Of a stretch of 64,000 nt of DNA, positions 42,001-51,111 are shown piece by piece. Source of the stretch: an uncultured Spirochaetia bacterium. Lineage in GTDB: Bacteria > Spirochaetota > Spirochaetia > CAKZLE01. Location of the stretch: positions 113,532 to 177,531 of the forward strand of contig CAKZLE010000024.1 in assembly GCA_937125225.1 (NCBI GenBank), in the 5' to 3' direction. Positions within the stretch are counted from its first letter, which is position 1. Each line of letters begins with the position of its first letter. Below the pieces are notes generated by a model. The model was not told the origin of the DNA, did not search any database, and saw only the letters and a program-made list of their open reading frames with translations. The position numbers and the translations under genes were made by a program.

Positions 42001-42788
42001 CGAGCGATCCTTACCTCGATCGTATTCTCTTCAAAAAGCTTTTTATCTTGCTCATGGATCATCATATCTGTGATCACTGCATCGACTCCTGTGAAGTCAT
42101 TGAACAGATAGAGGGCATACTTACCGATCTTGGAACTGTCTACTACGATATAGGACTCAGTTGCCTGGGAGATCATCTGTTGCTTGATCTCTCCCTCTTG
42201 GGGGTTCGCTGAATAGCAACCCTCTCCGGGCATGATACTTGTAGCTCCGATGATCGCCTTATCGAGTCTGAATCTCTTGAGCATGTTCTCAGCGATAGGC
42301 CCGACGGTATTCTGTGTCTGGTACATGAGCTCTCCCCCGATGACGATGGAACGGTTATCACCATCCCCATTGGCAATGATCTCTGCGATCTGTTGAGAGT
42401 TGGTGACTACCATAAGATTCTTACGTACTTTGGCGAGTGCTTCAGCGATGACCATGTTCGTAGATCCACCATCGATGAGGAGACTCTCCCCGTCCTTGAT
42501 GAAGGCTGCGACATATCGTGCGATACTCGTCTTCTCTTGGGGATGCTCTCTCTTCCTGCTCTCGATCATGGTCGTCTGCCAGAAGATCGGTTGGTCCCGA
42601 TAGATGGCCCCACCATGGGTCCTCAATAACTTCTCCTGGGACTCCAGGAACTTGAGATCCCTTCTGATCGTAGCCTCAGTGACACCGAGAAGCTCTGCTA
42701 GCGCCGATACCTCTATCCTGTTCTCTTTCAATAGGATCTCAAGTATTCTCTGTTGCCGCTCTTCGGCGAAATTCTTTGTTTCCTGCAC
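41997..42788 (-). CDS. DeoR/GlpR family transcriptional regulator (HTH plus DeoRC)
   Basis: RQQRILEILLKENRIEVSALAELLGVTEATIRRDL plus DeoRC motifs. The GTG at 42788 has an AAGGAG RBS 6 nt upstream and is preferred over the TTG at 42845. Confidence 0.85.
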   Translation of the reverse strand: MQETKNFAEERQQRILEILLKENRIEVSALAELLGVTEATIRRDLKFLESQEKLLRTHGGAIYRDQPIFWQTTMIESRKREHPQEKTSIARYVAAFIKDGESLLIDGGSTNMVIAEALAKVRKNLMVVTNSQQIAEIIANGDGDNRSIVIGGELMYQTQNTVGPIAENMLKRFRLDKAIIGATSIMPGEGCYSANPQEGEIKQQMISQATESYIVVDSSKIGKYALYLFNDFTGVDAVITDMMIHEQDKKLFEENTIEVRIAR

Positions 42789-42998
42789 TGAAGACTCCTT
42801 ACTCCCGTTTGTTCGAATTGTATGACGAAATATATAATCAGTCAATCAAAACGAACACAAACAAAAATATAAATGTTCGAAGAAGTTCATATTATCTTGA
42901 CAATGGGTCTGATTATATTATAATCACCAGTAATACCGTAAGGATCATAAGAAAGAATTTACCAAGACACAGGAATGTGATCATAAGGAGATATAACA

Positions 42999-43862
42999 AT
43001 GTTGATGAATATGAAAGAGCTGCTCGGAGTAGCTAAAGAGAATGGGTTTGCAGTCCCTGCTTTCAATACGGGTAGCGGAATGATCGCTAATGGGTTGTTC
43101 GAAGCATGTGAGAAGATGCAGTCCCCAGTCATTATCGCGATTCACCCTGATGAGCTTGAGTTCATCAGAGATGGTTTCGTGAAGTTTCTCCTTGAAGAGG
43201 CTCATAAAGCATCTTTTCCCGTGGTCATACATCTTGATCATGGTTCAACCTTCGATCAGGTGATGCGTGCCATCACTGCAGGGTTCACCTCAGTTATGAT
43301 CGATGCATCTACTAAATCATTCGAAGAGAATGTCGCACTCACGAAGAAGGTCGTAGAGGCAGCACATGCAGTGAATGTCAGTGTCGAGGCAGAGCTCGGG
43401 ACTATCGGAGGGACAGAAGAGGGTGGTATCGCTAGTACCGATAATATCATCTACACCCAGCCTGATGATGTAAGACGATTCGTAGAGGCAACTGGTGTCG
43501 ATACCTTAGCCATTGCGATCGGTACTGCTCATGGTCTCTACCCTAAGGATATGAAACCAGCATTGAGACTTGATCTTCTTAAGGAGATCAGAGCGATCAC
43601 CGACATTCCCCTCGTACTGCACGGAGGATCAGATAACCCTGACTCAGAGATCGCTACCGCAGTGAAGACCGGGGTTCAGAAGATCAATATCTCAAGTGAT
43701 ATAAAGACCGCTTTCTACCTCAAGTGTAGAGAGGTCCTCAAAGATGGTTCATTACGTGAACCCTTAGAGATCTATCCTCCCTGTATCGAGGCGATGAAGC
43801 AGGTGATGTACGATAAGATCAAACTCTTCGATGCTGCAGATAAGGTAAAATGCTATACATAG
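42999..43862 (+). CDS. Class II ketose-bisphosphate aldolase (FBA/tagatose-bisphosphate aldolase family)
   Basis: GFAVPAFN, the VVIHLDHG zinc-site motif and LVLHGGS. An AAGGAG RBS is present. Confidence 0.9.
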   Translation: MLMNMKELLGVAKENGFAVPAFNTGSGMIANGLFEACEKMQSPVIIAIHPDELEFIRDGFVKFLLEEAHKASFPVVIHLDHGSTFDQVMRAITAGFTSVMIDASTKSFEENVALTKKVVEAAHAVNVSVEAELGTIGGTEEGGIASTDNIIYTQPDDVRRFVEATGVDTLAIAIGTAHGLYPKDMKPALRLDLLKEIRAITDIPLVLHGGSDNPDSEIATAVKTGVQKINISSDIKTAFYLKCREVLKDGSLREPLEIYPPCIEAMKQVMYDKIKLFDAADKVKCYT

Positions 43863-43897
43863 TATTCACTGATATCTCAATCGAGATACACGAATAG

Positions 43898-43937
43898 GGC
43901 CTACCTCTCACCATCATGGAAAGGGGTGGGCCTTTTA
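43898..43937 (+). terminator. Rho-independent terminator after the aldolase gene
   Basis: GGCCTACCTCT (43898-43908) pairs with AGGGGTGGGCC (43922-43932) including two G-U pairs. It is followed by TTTT. Confidence 0.65.
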
Positions 43938-44045
43938 TCTATCAGAACCATTCCTCAGTACATAGAGCCCAAAGGAGTGCAGGATCTCCTATGACCTCTT
44001 CCTAGCTAGATCCTCTAGGAGGGGTCACCATGGTATTGTTTCCCC

Positions 44046-44103
44046 TTGTCCTACAAGGTTTACCCATTGTCCTACACCTAGGATACTAGGTGGTTTGTTA
44101 TAC
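44046..44103 (+). promoter_or_regulatory. Direct-repeat element plus extended -10-like box upstream of the FG-GAP lipoprotein gene
   Basis: TTGTCCTACA occurs at 44046-44055 and again at 44067-44076, a 21-bp spacing with the flanking CCC also shared. TGTTATACT follows at about 44095-44103. Confidence 0.25.
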
Positions 44104-44338
44104 TGATAAAAACTTCCCTCATAGTAAAAAGTAATACAACTTCATCAGCATTCAAGAGTCAAAAGAACTAGTAGCTAAAAAAGCCTGGTTCGTATGTTCT
44201 TGGAAGCTCATTCGATTTGGTTGGATCGTATGGACCTTTTGGGCTGCTGGAATGGTAACAGATCTTTTTTTACTTAAAAGGGAGGAGTCAGGGGATCTCT
44301 CTTTAGCAGAGGAGGTCATCACTAATAGGAGGAAACAG

Positions 44339-46045
44339 ATGAGAGAAACTAGGAGAGGGACCATTTTAGTGATCCTAACGATGATGGTCGCTTTACTTTG
44401 TATGAGTTGTGATGGCCTGGTTGTGCCGATGGCTAATGGAACGATTACCTTTGATAGTCAAGAAGGGACGCTCGTCCCATCGCAGGAGGCAACGGGATAT
44501 ATTAACGAACCAAACGAACCGACAAGGACCGGTTTCAATTTCTCTGGTTGGTATTGTGATGAAGCATGTACCATCGCTTGGGATTTTGATGAGGATCTTA
44601 TCGAGGGCTCTATGACCCTCTATGCGAAATGGGAGGTCGATAACAATACGGTTACCTATCATGCCAACGGTGCTGATAGTGGAGAGGTCCCATATCCTCA
44701 GATCAAGGAACCTGAACAGGAGTTGTATATAGCGGATAATGTCGGAGAGCTCAAGAAGACCGATTATTTCTTTACCTGCTGGAATACTGCTGCAGATGGG
44801 TCTGGTACTGATTATAGTATGGGTGAGGCCTATTCTGTAGAAGGAGACCTTGACCTCTATGCTCAATGGGTCGAACTCAAGAAACTCATAGCTTCAGATG
44901 CTGATGTAGAAGCATACTTTGCTTACTCGGTCGGTCTAGATGGAGATACTGCGGTGCTTGGAGCCTTTAGGGAAAACAATGATGAAGTTGATTCACATAT
45001 TGGAAGTGCCTATATCTTCACACGTACCGATGGATCGTGGTCAGAGCAGGCAAAGTTGGTACCATCTGATGGTGTTGCTGAGGATGGCTTTGGTTGGGAT
45101 GTCAGTATATCTGGAGATACGGTCGTGATCGGGTCCCCTTATGCTGATAACGATAATGCCTTCGACTCAGGAGCTGCCTATGTCTTCATTCGTGAAGGAG
45201 GGACCTGGTCAGAGCAGGCAAAGTTGGCAGTCTCTACTGGTGCTCAAGAAGATCTATTCGGTGATGCAGTCTGTATCTCTGGAGATACGATTATGGTCGG
45301 GGCACCGTTAGAGGATGTTGATGATAACGATACAGGTAGTGTCTATGTGTTTACTCGATCAGGGTCTTCATGGTCACAAAGGACAAAACTGTTTGCCAGT
45401 GATCGGGAAACAGCTGATTACTTTGGGACTGCAATCGATATATCTGGAGATACGGTCGTGATCGGAGCCAATGGTGTGAGCACTCTTGAGACTACTTGGT
45501 CAGGAGCCGCCTATGTATTCACTGGTTCAGGAGAATCATGGTCAGAGCAGGCAAAACTGATTGGTAGTGATACGGCCTCCTTCGATAGGTTTGGATTCTC
45601 AGTCAGTATAGATGACGATACCATCGTGATCGGAGCCTATTGGGATGATATTGATGATGCCGATGATCGAGGAAGTGCCTATGTCTTCACTCGTGAAGAT
45701 GCGAGTTGGTCAGAGCAGACTAAGTTGACGGCTTCTGATGGGGTTAGCGGTGATTATTTTGGTACTCAAGTAAGTATCGATGGAGATTCCATAGTCATCG
45801 GAGCAGATAGTGATGATGATAAGGGGCACAACTCAGGAAGTGCCTATATCTTCACTAGGACTGAGGACTCATGGGTAGAGCAGACCAAACTGATCGCTAC
45901 TGATGGTCAGAATGGAGACTACTTTGGGGGGGCCGTGGCCATAGATGGAGATACGGTCCTAGTCGGAGCATCTTCAGATTGTGTAGATGACATCACTGAT
46001 TCTGGTAGTGCCTACTCGTATGATATAGCATCACAGAATCTTTGA
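44339..46045 (+). CDS. Lipoprotein with 2 List-Bact repeats fused to a 7-bladed FG-GAP (integrin-alpha-like) beta-propeller
   Basis: Lipobox LLCMSC after the Met at 44339. GFNFSGWYCDE...LYAKW and YFFTCWNT...LYAQW form the List-Bact units. Seven repeats of D.FG..V.I.GDT.V.GA...GSAYVF follow. Confidence 0.8.
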   Translation: MRETRRGTILVILTMMVALLCMSCDGLVVPMANGTITFDSQEGTLVPSQEATGYINEPNEPTRTGFNFSGWYCDEACTIAWDFDEDLIEGSMTLYAKWEVDNNTVTYHANGADSGEVPYPQIKEPEQELYIADNVGELKKTDYFFTCWNTAADGSGTDYSMGEAYSVEGDLDLYAQWVELKKLIASDADVEAYFAYSVGLDGDTAVLGAFRENNDEVDSHIGSAYIFTRTDGSWSEQAKLVPSDGVAEDGFGWDVSISGDTVVIGSPYADNDNAFDSGAAYVFIREGGTWSEQAKLAVSTGAQEDLFGDAVCISGDTIMVGAPLEDVDDNDTGSVYVFTRSGSSWSQRTKLFASDRETADYFGTAIDISGDTVVIGANGVSTLETTWSGAAYVFTGSGESWSEQAKLIGSDTASFDRFGFSVSIDDDTIVIGAYWDDIDDADDRGSAYVFTREDASWSEQTKLTASDGVSGDYFGTQVSIDGDSIVIGADSDDDKGHNSGSAYIFTRTEDSWVEQTKLIATDGQNGDYFGGAVAIDGDTVLVGASSDCVDDITDSGSAYSYDIASQNL

Positions 46046-46222
46046 TCGACTTGGGGCACCTGAGCTTTTCTCTACTAAGAGTTCAGGTGCTGCTCTTTCG
46101 ATCATCAGAGGGGGAGAGCACTCTCCCTCTTCACTGCAGGGGACAACGTAAATATACCATTCATTCTAGACATACTATATGTGCTTCATTAGTATAGAGG
46201 GTACGTTAGAAGGGGTAGCAAT

Positions 46223-47440
46223 ATGAAAGCACAGAGAGTCATCCATAATGGTTTCAGAGATAGTGTGGAGTTATCACATGAGAGTCTCAAAGTAGTCATC
46301 AATGCAGATAAGGGGATGGTCCCTGAATTATGTAGCAAAAAGGATGACAGCTGGTATAATGCCCATTGGCAACCGATCTTCAGGGCAAACTCCGGGATAG
46401 CCTGGGATGAGACACTACATGCACCGTTCTGGAAAGTCCCTCTCCTGTATGATATCGCAGGGAACTTCCCCTGCTGTCCGAACTTCGGACCGGACCATAC
46501 CTTTGGATCTTATGAACTGCCACCTCATGGTCATACGAGTCTGTTGACCTGGGACCTGCTGGGATCTGCAGCAGATGAACAGCAGGCTGGGGCCTCCTGG
46601 TCTCTACAGAGCCCTGATCACCCCTTTTCCTATAAGAAGCATGATCTGATCTGTAAAGGAGAACATAGCCATTACACCTCTTTGACCATAACGAATAGGG
46701 GAAACACTACAGAACCCTATAATTGCGGATGGCATAATACCATCGGAGCTCCATTCTTGGAGTCGGGGTGTATCATCAGTAATAATGCGAGAAGGTTCGC
46801 TGTCCCTGAGGTGGGTACCGAGTTCGATACCACTGGTAGACTTGCTTTTGGCAGTGAGACTGATACCATGAAGAGGGTAGAGACAAGAACTGGAGAGTAT
46901 GTGGATCTCTCTGTGGTTCCTGGACGAAACGGGTATACCGATTTTCTCGTAGGAGCGGTCCCTGAAGATTGTTCTTTAGGTTGGTCGACCGTAGTCAATC
47001 CAAGAAAGAGACTTATGTACCTGACCTATTTCACCGGACCGAACGCCGTGAAAGAGGGGGAGATGCCCCTGTACTTCTATAACTACTGGATGAACTATGG
47101 AGGGAGACCCTTCCAGCCATGGGCTGCCTATGAGGGGGGAACCGATAACTCCTTCTGTCTTGGAACAGAGAACTCGGTGAGTCGTTTTGCCAATGGTCTC
47201 AAGGACTCCGTTGAGAACCCAACATTACTCGGGCACCCCACTCATCTGGATCTGGCACCTCAGAGTTCTATCACACTGAACTATGCGACGGCCTTTCTAC
47301 CCTATGAGGGGGCTCTCTTTGATGATGGGGTGAAGCATATAGAGGCTGAAGATGAAGATACTCTTATCATCCATAACCATCATGGGGCACATATGAGAGT
47401 TCAATCTCAAGCTGGATTCAAGGCTCTACGTGAGGTTTGA
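46223..47440 (+). CDS. Hypothetical protein (405 aa); no confident family assignment
   Basis: Long ORF with a plausible RBS (GAAGGGG). I considered a mutarotase-like fold, but this is unsupported. Confidence 0.55.
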   Translation: MKAQRVIHNGFRDSVELSHESLKVVINADKGMVPELCSKKDDSWYNAHWQPIFRANSGIAWDETLHAPFWKVPLLYDIAGNFPCCPNFGPDHTFGSYELPPHGHTSLLTWDLLGSAADEQQAGASWSLQSPDHPFSYKKHDLICKGEHSHYTSLTITNRGNTTEPYNCGWHNTIGAPFLESGCIISNNARRFAVPEVGTEFDTTGRLAFGSETDTMKRVETRTGEYVDLSVVPGRNGYTDFLVGAVPEDCSLGWSTVVNPRKRLMYLTYFTGPNAVKEGEMPLYFYNYWMNYGGRPFQPWAAYEGGTDNSFCLGTENSVSRFANGLKDSVENPTLLGHPTHLDLAPQSSITLNYATAFLPYEGALFDDGVKHIEAEDEDTLIIHNHHGAHMRVQSQAGFKALREV

Positions 47441-47534
47441 TCGTTATTGAATGATCAGAAATGAACCAGTTCTCATAATGATCTTGGTTGGTGATCAATG
47501 AGATCTGCGTAAAAAGAGACATGGATCCACGGCT

Positions 47535-50500
47535 CTACCGCTCTTCGATGACCTCACGCACTTTTCTTGCCAATCCATCGATAGTGAAGGGCTTTTGAAT
47601 GAAATGAAGCCCCTCATCGATGATTCCCTGATGGGAGATGATATCAGCAGTGTACCCCGACATGAACAGGTAGGCGACTTTGGGGTAGTAGAGTTGTAGG
47701 GTGATAACGAGCTCCCTGCCATTGAGACCAGGCATGATGACATCCGAGAGTACCAGATCGATCGAACCTGAGTGCTCTTTTGCGATCTTCAGGGCCTCTT
47801 TAGGGTCACACGTTGCAAGGACTTCATACCCGAGATCTGTGAGAATAGATGAGGTCAATCGGAGGATCGGTATCTCATCCTCTACAAGAAGGATCGTCTC
47901 CTGCCCCTGAGGCATCTTGTCAGGCTCTACTCTAAGGGTTCTCGTATCAGCAGGGCTATAGGCTAATGGCAGATGAATCCTGATAGTCGTACCTATACCG
48001 ACTTCACTGTAGACTGAGATACATCCGTTATTCTGGTGGATGATCCCGTAGACCATAGAGAAACCAAGACCGGTCCCCTTACTCATCTCCTTGGTGGTAT
48101 AGAAAGGTTCAAAGAGATGTTCAAGAGTCTCTGAGTCCATCCCCGACCCATTGTCACTGACCTCAAGTTCTACATAGGTGCCTGGTTCTATCTCAGATTC
48201 ACAATTTGTGAAAGAATCATCGATCTCCATGATCTGGGTACTGATCGAGATCCTTCCAAGGCCCTCCATCGCATCCCGTGCATTGACGCAGAGATTCGTG
48301 AGTATCTGATTCACCTGACTTGGGTCAATATGGACCATGGCAGGAGAGGGCGAGGGGGTCCATTCGAGCGAGGTATCCTCTCCTATGAGTCTGATGAGCA
48401 TCTTGTACATCTCTTCGATACTGTCGTTAAGATCGATGGTCTTTGGTTTGATCGGTTGTTTCCTTGCGAAGGCAAGAAGTTGAGAGGTCAGCGCCGCAGA
48501 ACGTTCTGCAGCCTTGTAGATCTCCTGAAGATTATTATAACTAGAGGATCCCTCTTCGAGTTCCATCAGAGTCATCTCGGTAAAACCCAGTATGACTCCG
48601 AGCATATTATTGAAGTCATGGGCTACCCCACCTGCAAGTCTTCCGATAGATTCCATCTTCTGTGCTTGGAGGAGCTGGACCTTGAGGGCTCTTCTCTCTT
48701 TCTCGCCAGCCCTCATCTCAGTGACATCCTGGGTTATTCCTCTGAGGGTCCTCTGCTTACCCTCTGATGAGGGGGTCATGAACCCTTTGGAGTTGAGGAT
48801 CCTCGGAGGTCCCCCTGTGGATGAATCGATCGTGAACTCTAGATTGAATGGTGTGTGTTCTTTGATAGCCCTATTGAAATCCATCACGATCTTCTCACCA
48901 TCATGAATACGATCAATGACCCTTTGCAAGGGGATCTTTTTATCATCTAGTGCAAATCCATAGATATGGTTGATCTCATCAGAGACCGTAAAGATCTCGG
49001 AATCAACATCATAGGTCCAGCTACCCATATGGGCGATCTGTTGTGCCTCATTCAAAGATCTCTCACGCTCTTTCAACAGATCCTCTGACTCTTTACGCAG
49101 CGTTATATCCTCAGCCGTGAAGATATAGTCTTTGCTCGGGTCATGGTATTCGATCGGGGTAGAGGTCAACGCTATGTTGATCACTTTACCATCTTTTCGC
49201 ACCCACCGGGTCTCGGTCCCCTCATTCCTCTTATCATGTGTTGAATGATAGACCACCTCCCCGATCTCCTCATATTCAGACTGAGTCGGATAGAGGCTTC
49301 TTGCATGCATCCCGATGAGTTCCTCTCGGGGATAACCGGTGATCTCACAGATACTCGGGTTGATCTCCTTGATATAACGATCTTTTGAGACGATACCTAT
49401 TCCGATCGGGACGACATCATAGATACCTCGTAACTTCTCTTCACTCTCTCTAAGAGCTTTCTCAGAGAGGAGGAGGTTCAAAGCATTAGCAAGCTGTGAG
49501 GTGTAAGTCTCAATCTCCTGTGGAGGTATTCGGGGTGTCTCCTCTGTAGTCATGTATAAGATGTTCCCGAGTAGATCATTGGTCTGCTCGAAGATGATCG
49601 AATGGAGTGTGGTGAAACCGAACTCCTGTTTGATGATCGTCTCAGTCTCTCGTGATACCTGGCTTGAGAACATGCTTTGGATGTCGAGAGGCATCTCTAC
49701 AAGTCTTCCCTGACGTATGAGATGGATCATCTCATCGAGGACCTCTCCGTTCAGATCAACTAAGGGGAATCCCAATAACTGGGGTAGCCTCTCGAAGAAC
49801 GTATTGTGCTGAGATACCGCTTTTAGTGTCCAACATAACCCTTGCTCATCATATTCGATGAACAGGATCGCAGCAGTCTTTCCCAACAACCGCTCTAGAG
49901 TCTCTATGGCAAAGCGATAGACCTCCTCAGGTGTTCTCAGCAGGAGGATATCATTGGCTGTCTGTGAGAAGAATTCCTTTGCTCTCTGGTTCTCACGGAG
50001 TCTCTCTTCTGTGATCCTCTTCTCGGTAATATCGAGGGTGAATGCTAGATAGCGGTCTTCTTCGATATCTGTGATGATCAGGTTCAACCATCGTCTTCCT
50101 CCCTGGAAGGTACGAATCTGAATCTTTTCATTGGTAGCCTCCTGTGAACTCTCGATCAATCGGGTGATGGAGAGATCCTCCTCAAAAGGAGGAGTGGGTA
50201 TGATGAGTTCTTGAAGGCACATTTCCAGTAGCATCTCTTCAGGATGACCAGTCAGGGTGATGAAGGCTTGGTTGGTCTCAAGGAATCTCCCACTCTTATC
50301 GATGGTGAACACTCCGAGAGGAGCATGATCTACGTAGGAGTGATAGCGGTGATCGATGAGCTCTTTCTCTCTATTTGCCTCTGATTGTAGTTTACGCTGT
50401 ATGGCATCCTCACTGATCATCTGTGTCATATGTTGGAGAAACCCCATGACCTTCGTCATCTCTTCGAACTTCACCACAGGGACCTCTCTGAGGGCCTTCA

Positions 50501-50897
50501 TGAAGGGTCTCTCATCGAACCCAAAGGTGGTAGCCATCTGCCGGTAGTGTTCGACATCTGGCTTTTCCAAGAAGAACTGTCCAGAATAGAGATTGGCCGC
50601 ATGTTCTCCCTCGATCGTGATGGGTACTACCGCATCGACGAGGCCATTGAGACACTGGTAATGATGAAAGCTCTCACCTGTCTCCATGCTGTTCGCCAGG
50701 ATGGTGTCACTTTCGATACAGCGTCTATTCGTCTCAGGATGTTGTCTGAAGAATTGAATACAGAGAGGTCTCCAACCAGAATGGGAGAGAAGTCTTCCTT
50801 GAGGATCGATGAGTGCCGTCGCAAAACCGGTCAGCTTATTGATTTCATCAAGGTACTTGTCTATGAGTTCATAATCGATATAGTCAATGGTATTCAT
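47535..50897 (-). CDS. Hybrid sensor histidine kinase/response regulator with N-terminal PocR domain and PAS repeats
   Basis: PocR pattern: INKLTGFATALIDPQGRLLSHSGWRPLC...CIESD...YQCLNGLVD. H-box: VAHDFNNMLGVILG. ATPase: DNGSGMD and GTGLGFSMVYG. REC: ILLVEDE and DVIMPGLNG. Confidence 0.9.
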   Translation of the reverse strand: MNTIDYIDYELIDKYLDEINKLTGFATALIDPQGRLLSHSGWRPLCIQFFRQHPETNRRCIESDTILANSMETGESFHHYQCLNGLVDAVVPITIEGEHAANLYSGQFFLEKPDVEHYRQMATTFGFDERPFMKALREVPVVKFEEMTKVMGFLQHMTQMISEDAIQRKLQSEANREKELIDHRYHSYVDHAPLGVFTIDKSGRFLETNQAFITLTGHPEEMLLEMCLQELIIPTPPFEEDLSITRLIESSQEATNEKIQIRTFQGGRRWLNLIITDIEEDRYLAFTLDITEKRITEERLRENQRAKEFFSQTANDILLLRTPEEVYRFAIETLERLLGKTAAILFIEYDEQGLCWTLKAVSQHNTFFERLPQLLGFPLVDLNGEVLDEMIHLIRQGRLVEMPLDIQSMFSSQVSRETETIIKQEFGFTTLHSIIFEQTNDLLGNILYMTTEETPRIPPQEIETYTSQLANALNLLLSEKALRESEEKLRGIYDVVPIGIGIVSKDRYIKEINPSICEITGYPREELIGMHARSLYPTQSEYEEIGEVVYHSTHDKRNEGTETRWVRKDGKVINIALTSTPIEYHDPSKDYIFTAEDITLRKESEDLLKERERSLNEAQQIAHMGSWTYDVDSEIFTVSDEINHIYGFALDDKKIPLQRVIDRIHDGEKIVMDFNRAIKEHTPFNLEFTIDSSTGGPPRILNSKGFMTPSSEGKQRTLRGITQDVTEMRAGEKERRALKVQLLQAQKMESIGRLAGGVAHDFNNMLGVILGFTEMTLMELEEGSSSYNNLQEIYKAAERSAALTSQLLAFARKQPIKPKTIDLNDSIEEMYKMLIRLIGEDTSLEWTPSPSPAMVHIDPSQVNQILTNLCVNARDAMEGLGRISISTQIMEIDDSFTNCESEIEPGTYVELEVSDNGSGMDSETLEHLFEPFYTTKEMSKGTGLGFSMVYGIIHQNNGCISVYSEVGIGTTIRIHLPLAYSPADTRTLRVEPDKMPQGQETILLVEDEIPILRLTSSILTDLGYEVLATCDPKEALKIAKEHSGSIDLVLSDVIMPGLNGRELVITLQLYYPKVAYLFMSGYTADIISHQGIIDEGLHFIQKPFTIDGLARKVREVIEER

Positions 50898-51111
50898 ATG
50901 TTACTCACACTCCCCGATAAAAATCTGTTTGCCGCTACCCCAAGAGAAACTCTTCCTAGAGTATAACAAAACTTCATGATTATTCCAGTGAAAACGAACT
51001 TGAAAGAGGGAGGGGGCGATATTCGAGTGCTTAAGACTCTTTGATCTACGTAACAATCCTTGTTTCTTTGCTCATTGTATCCGATCTCTCCTACACGTGT
51101 AGGGCTAATAA

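Noticed and set aside
44252-44338. An N-terminal extension of the FG-GAP protein
   Set aside because: The internal Met at 44339 is followed by a classical lipoprotein signal (LLCMSC). The upstream 29 codons are charged and unsupported.
46223-47440. Calling this protein an aldose 1-epimerase or mutarotase-like enzyme
   Set aside because: There is only a vague resemblance, and I could not identify the conserved catalytic His/Glu pattern with confidence. It is left as hypothetical.
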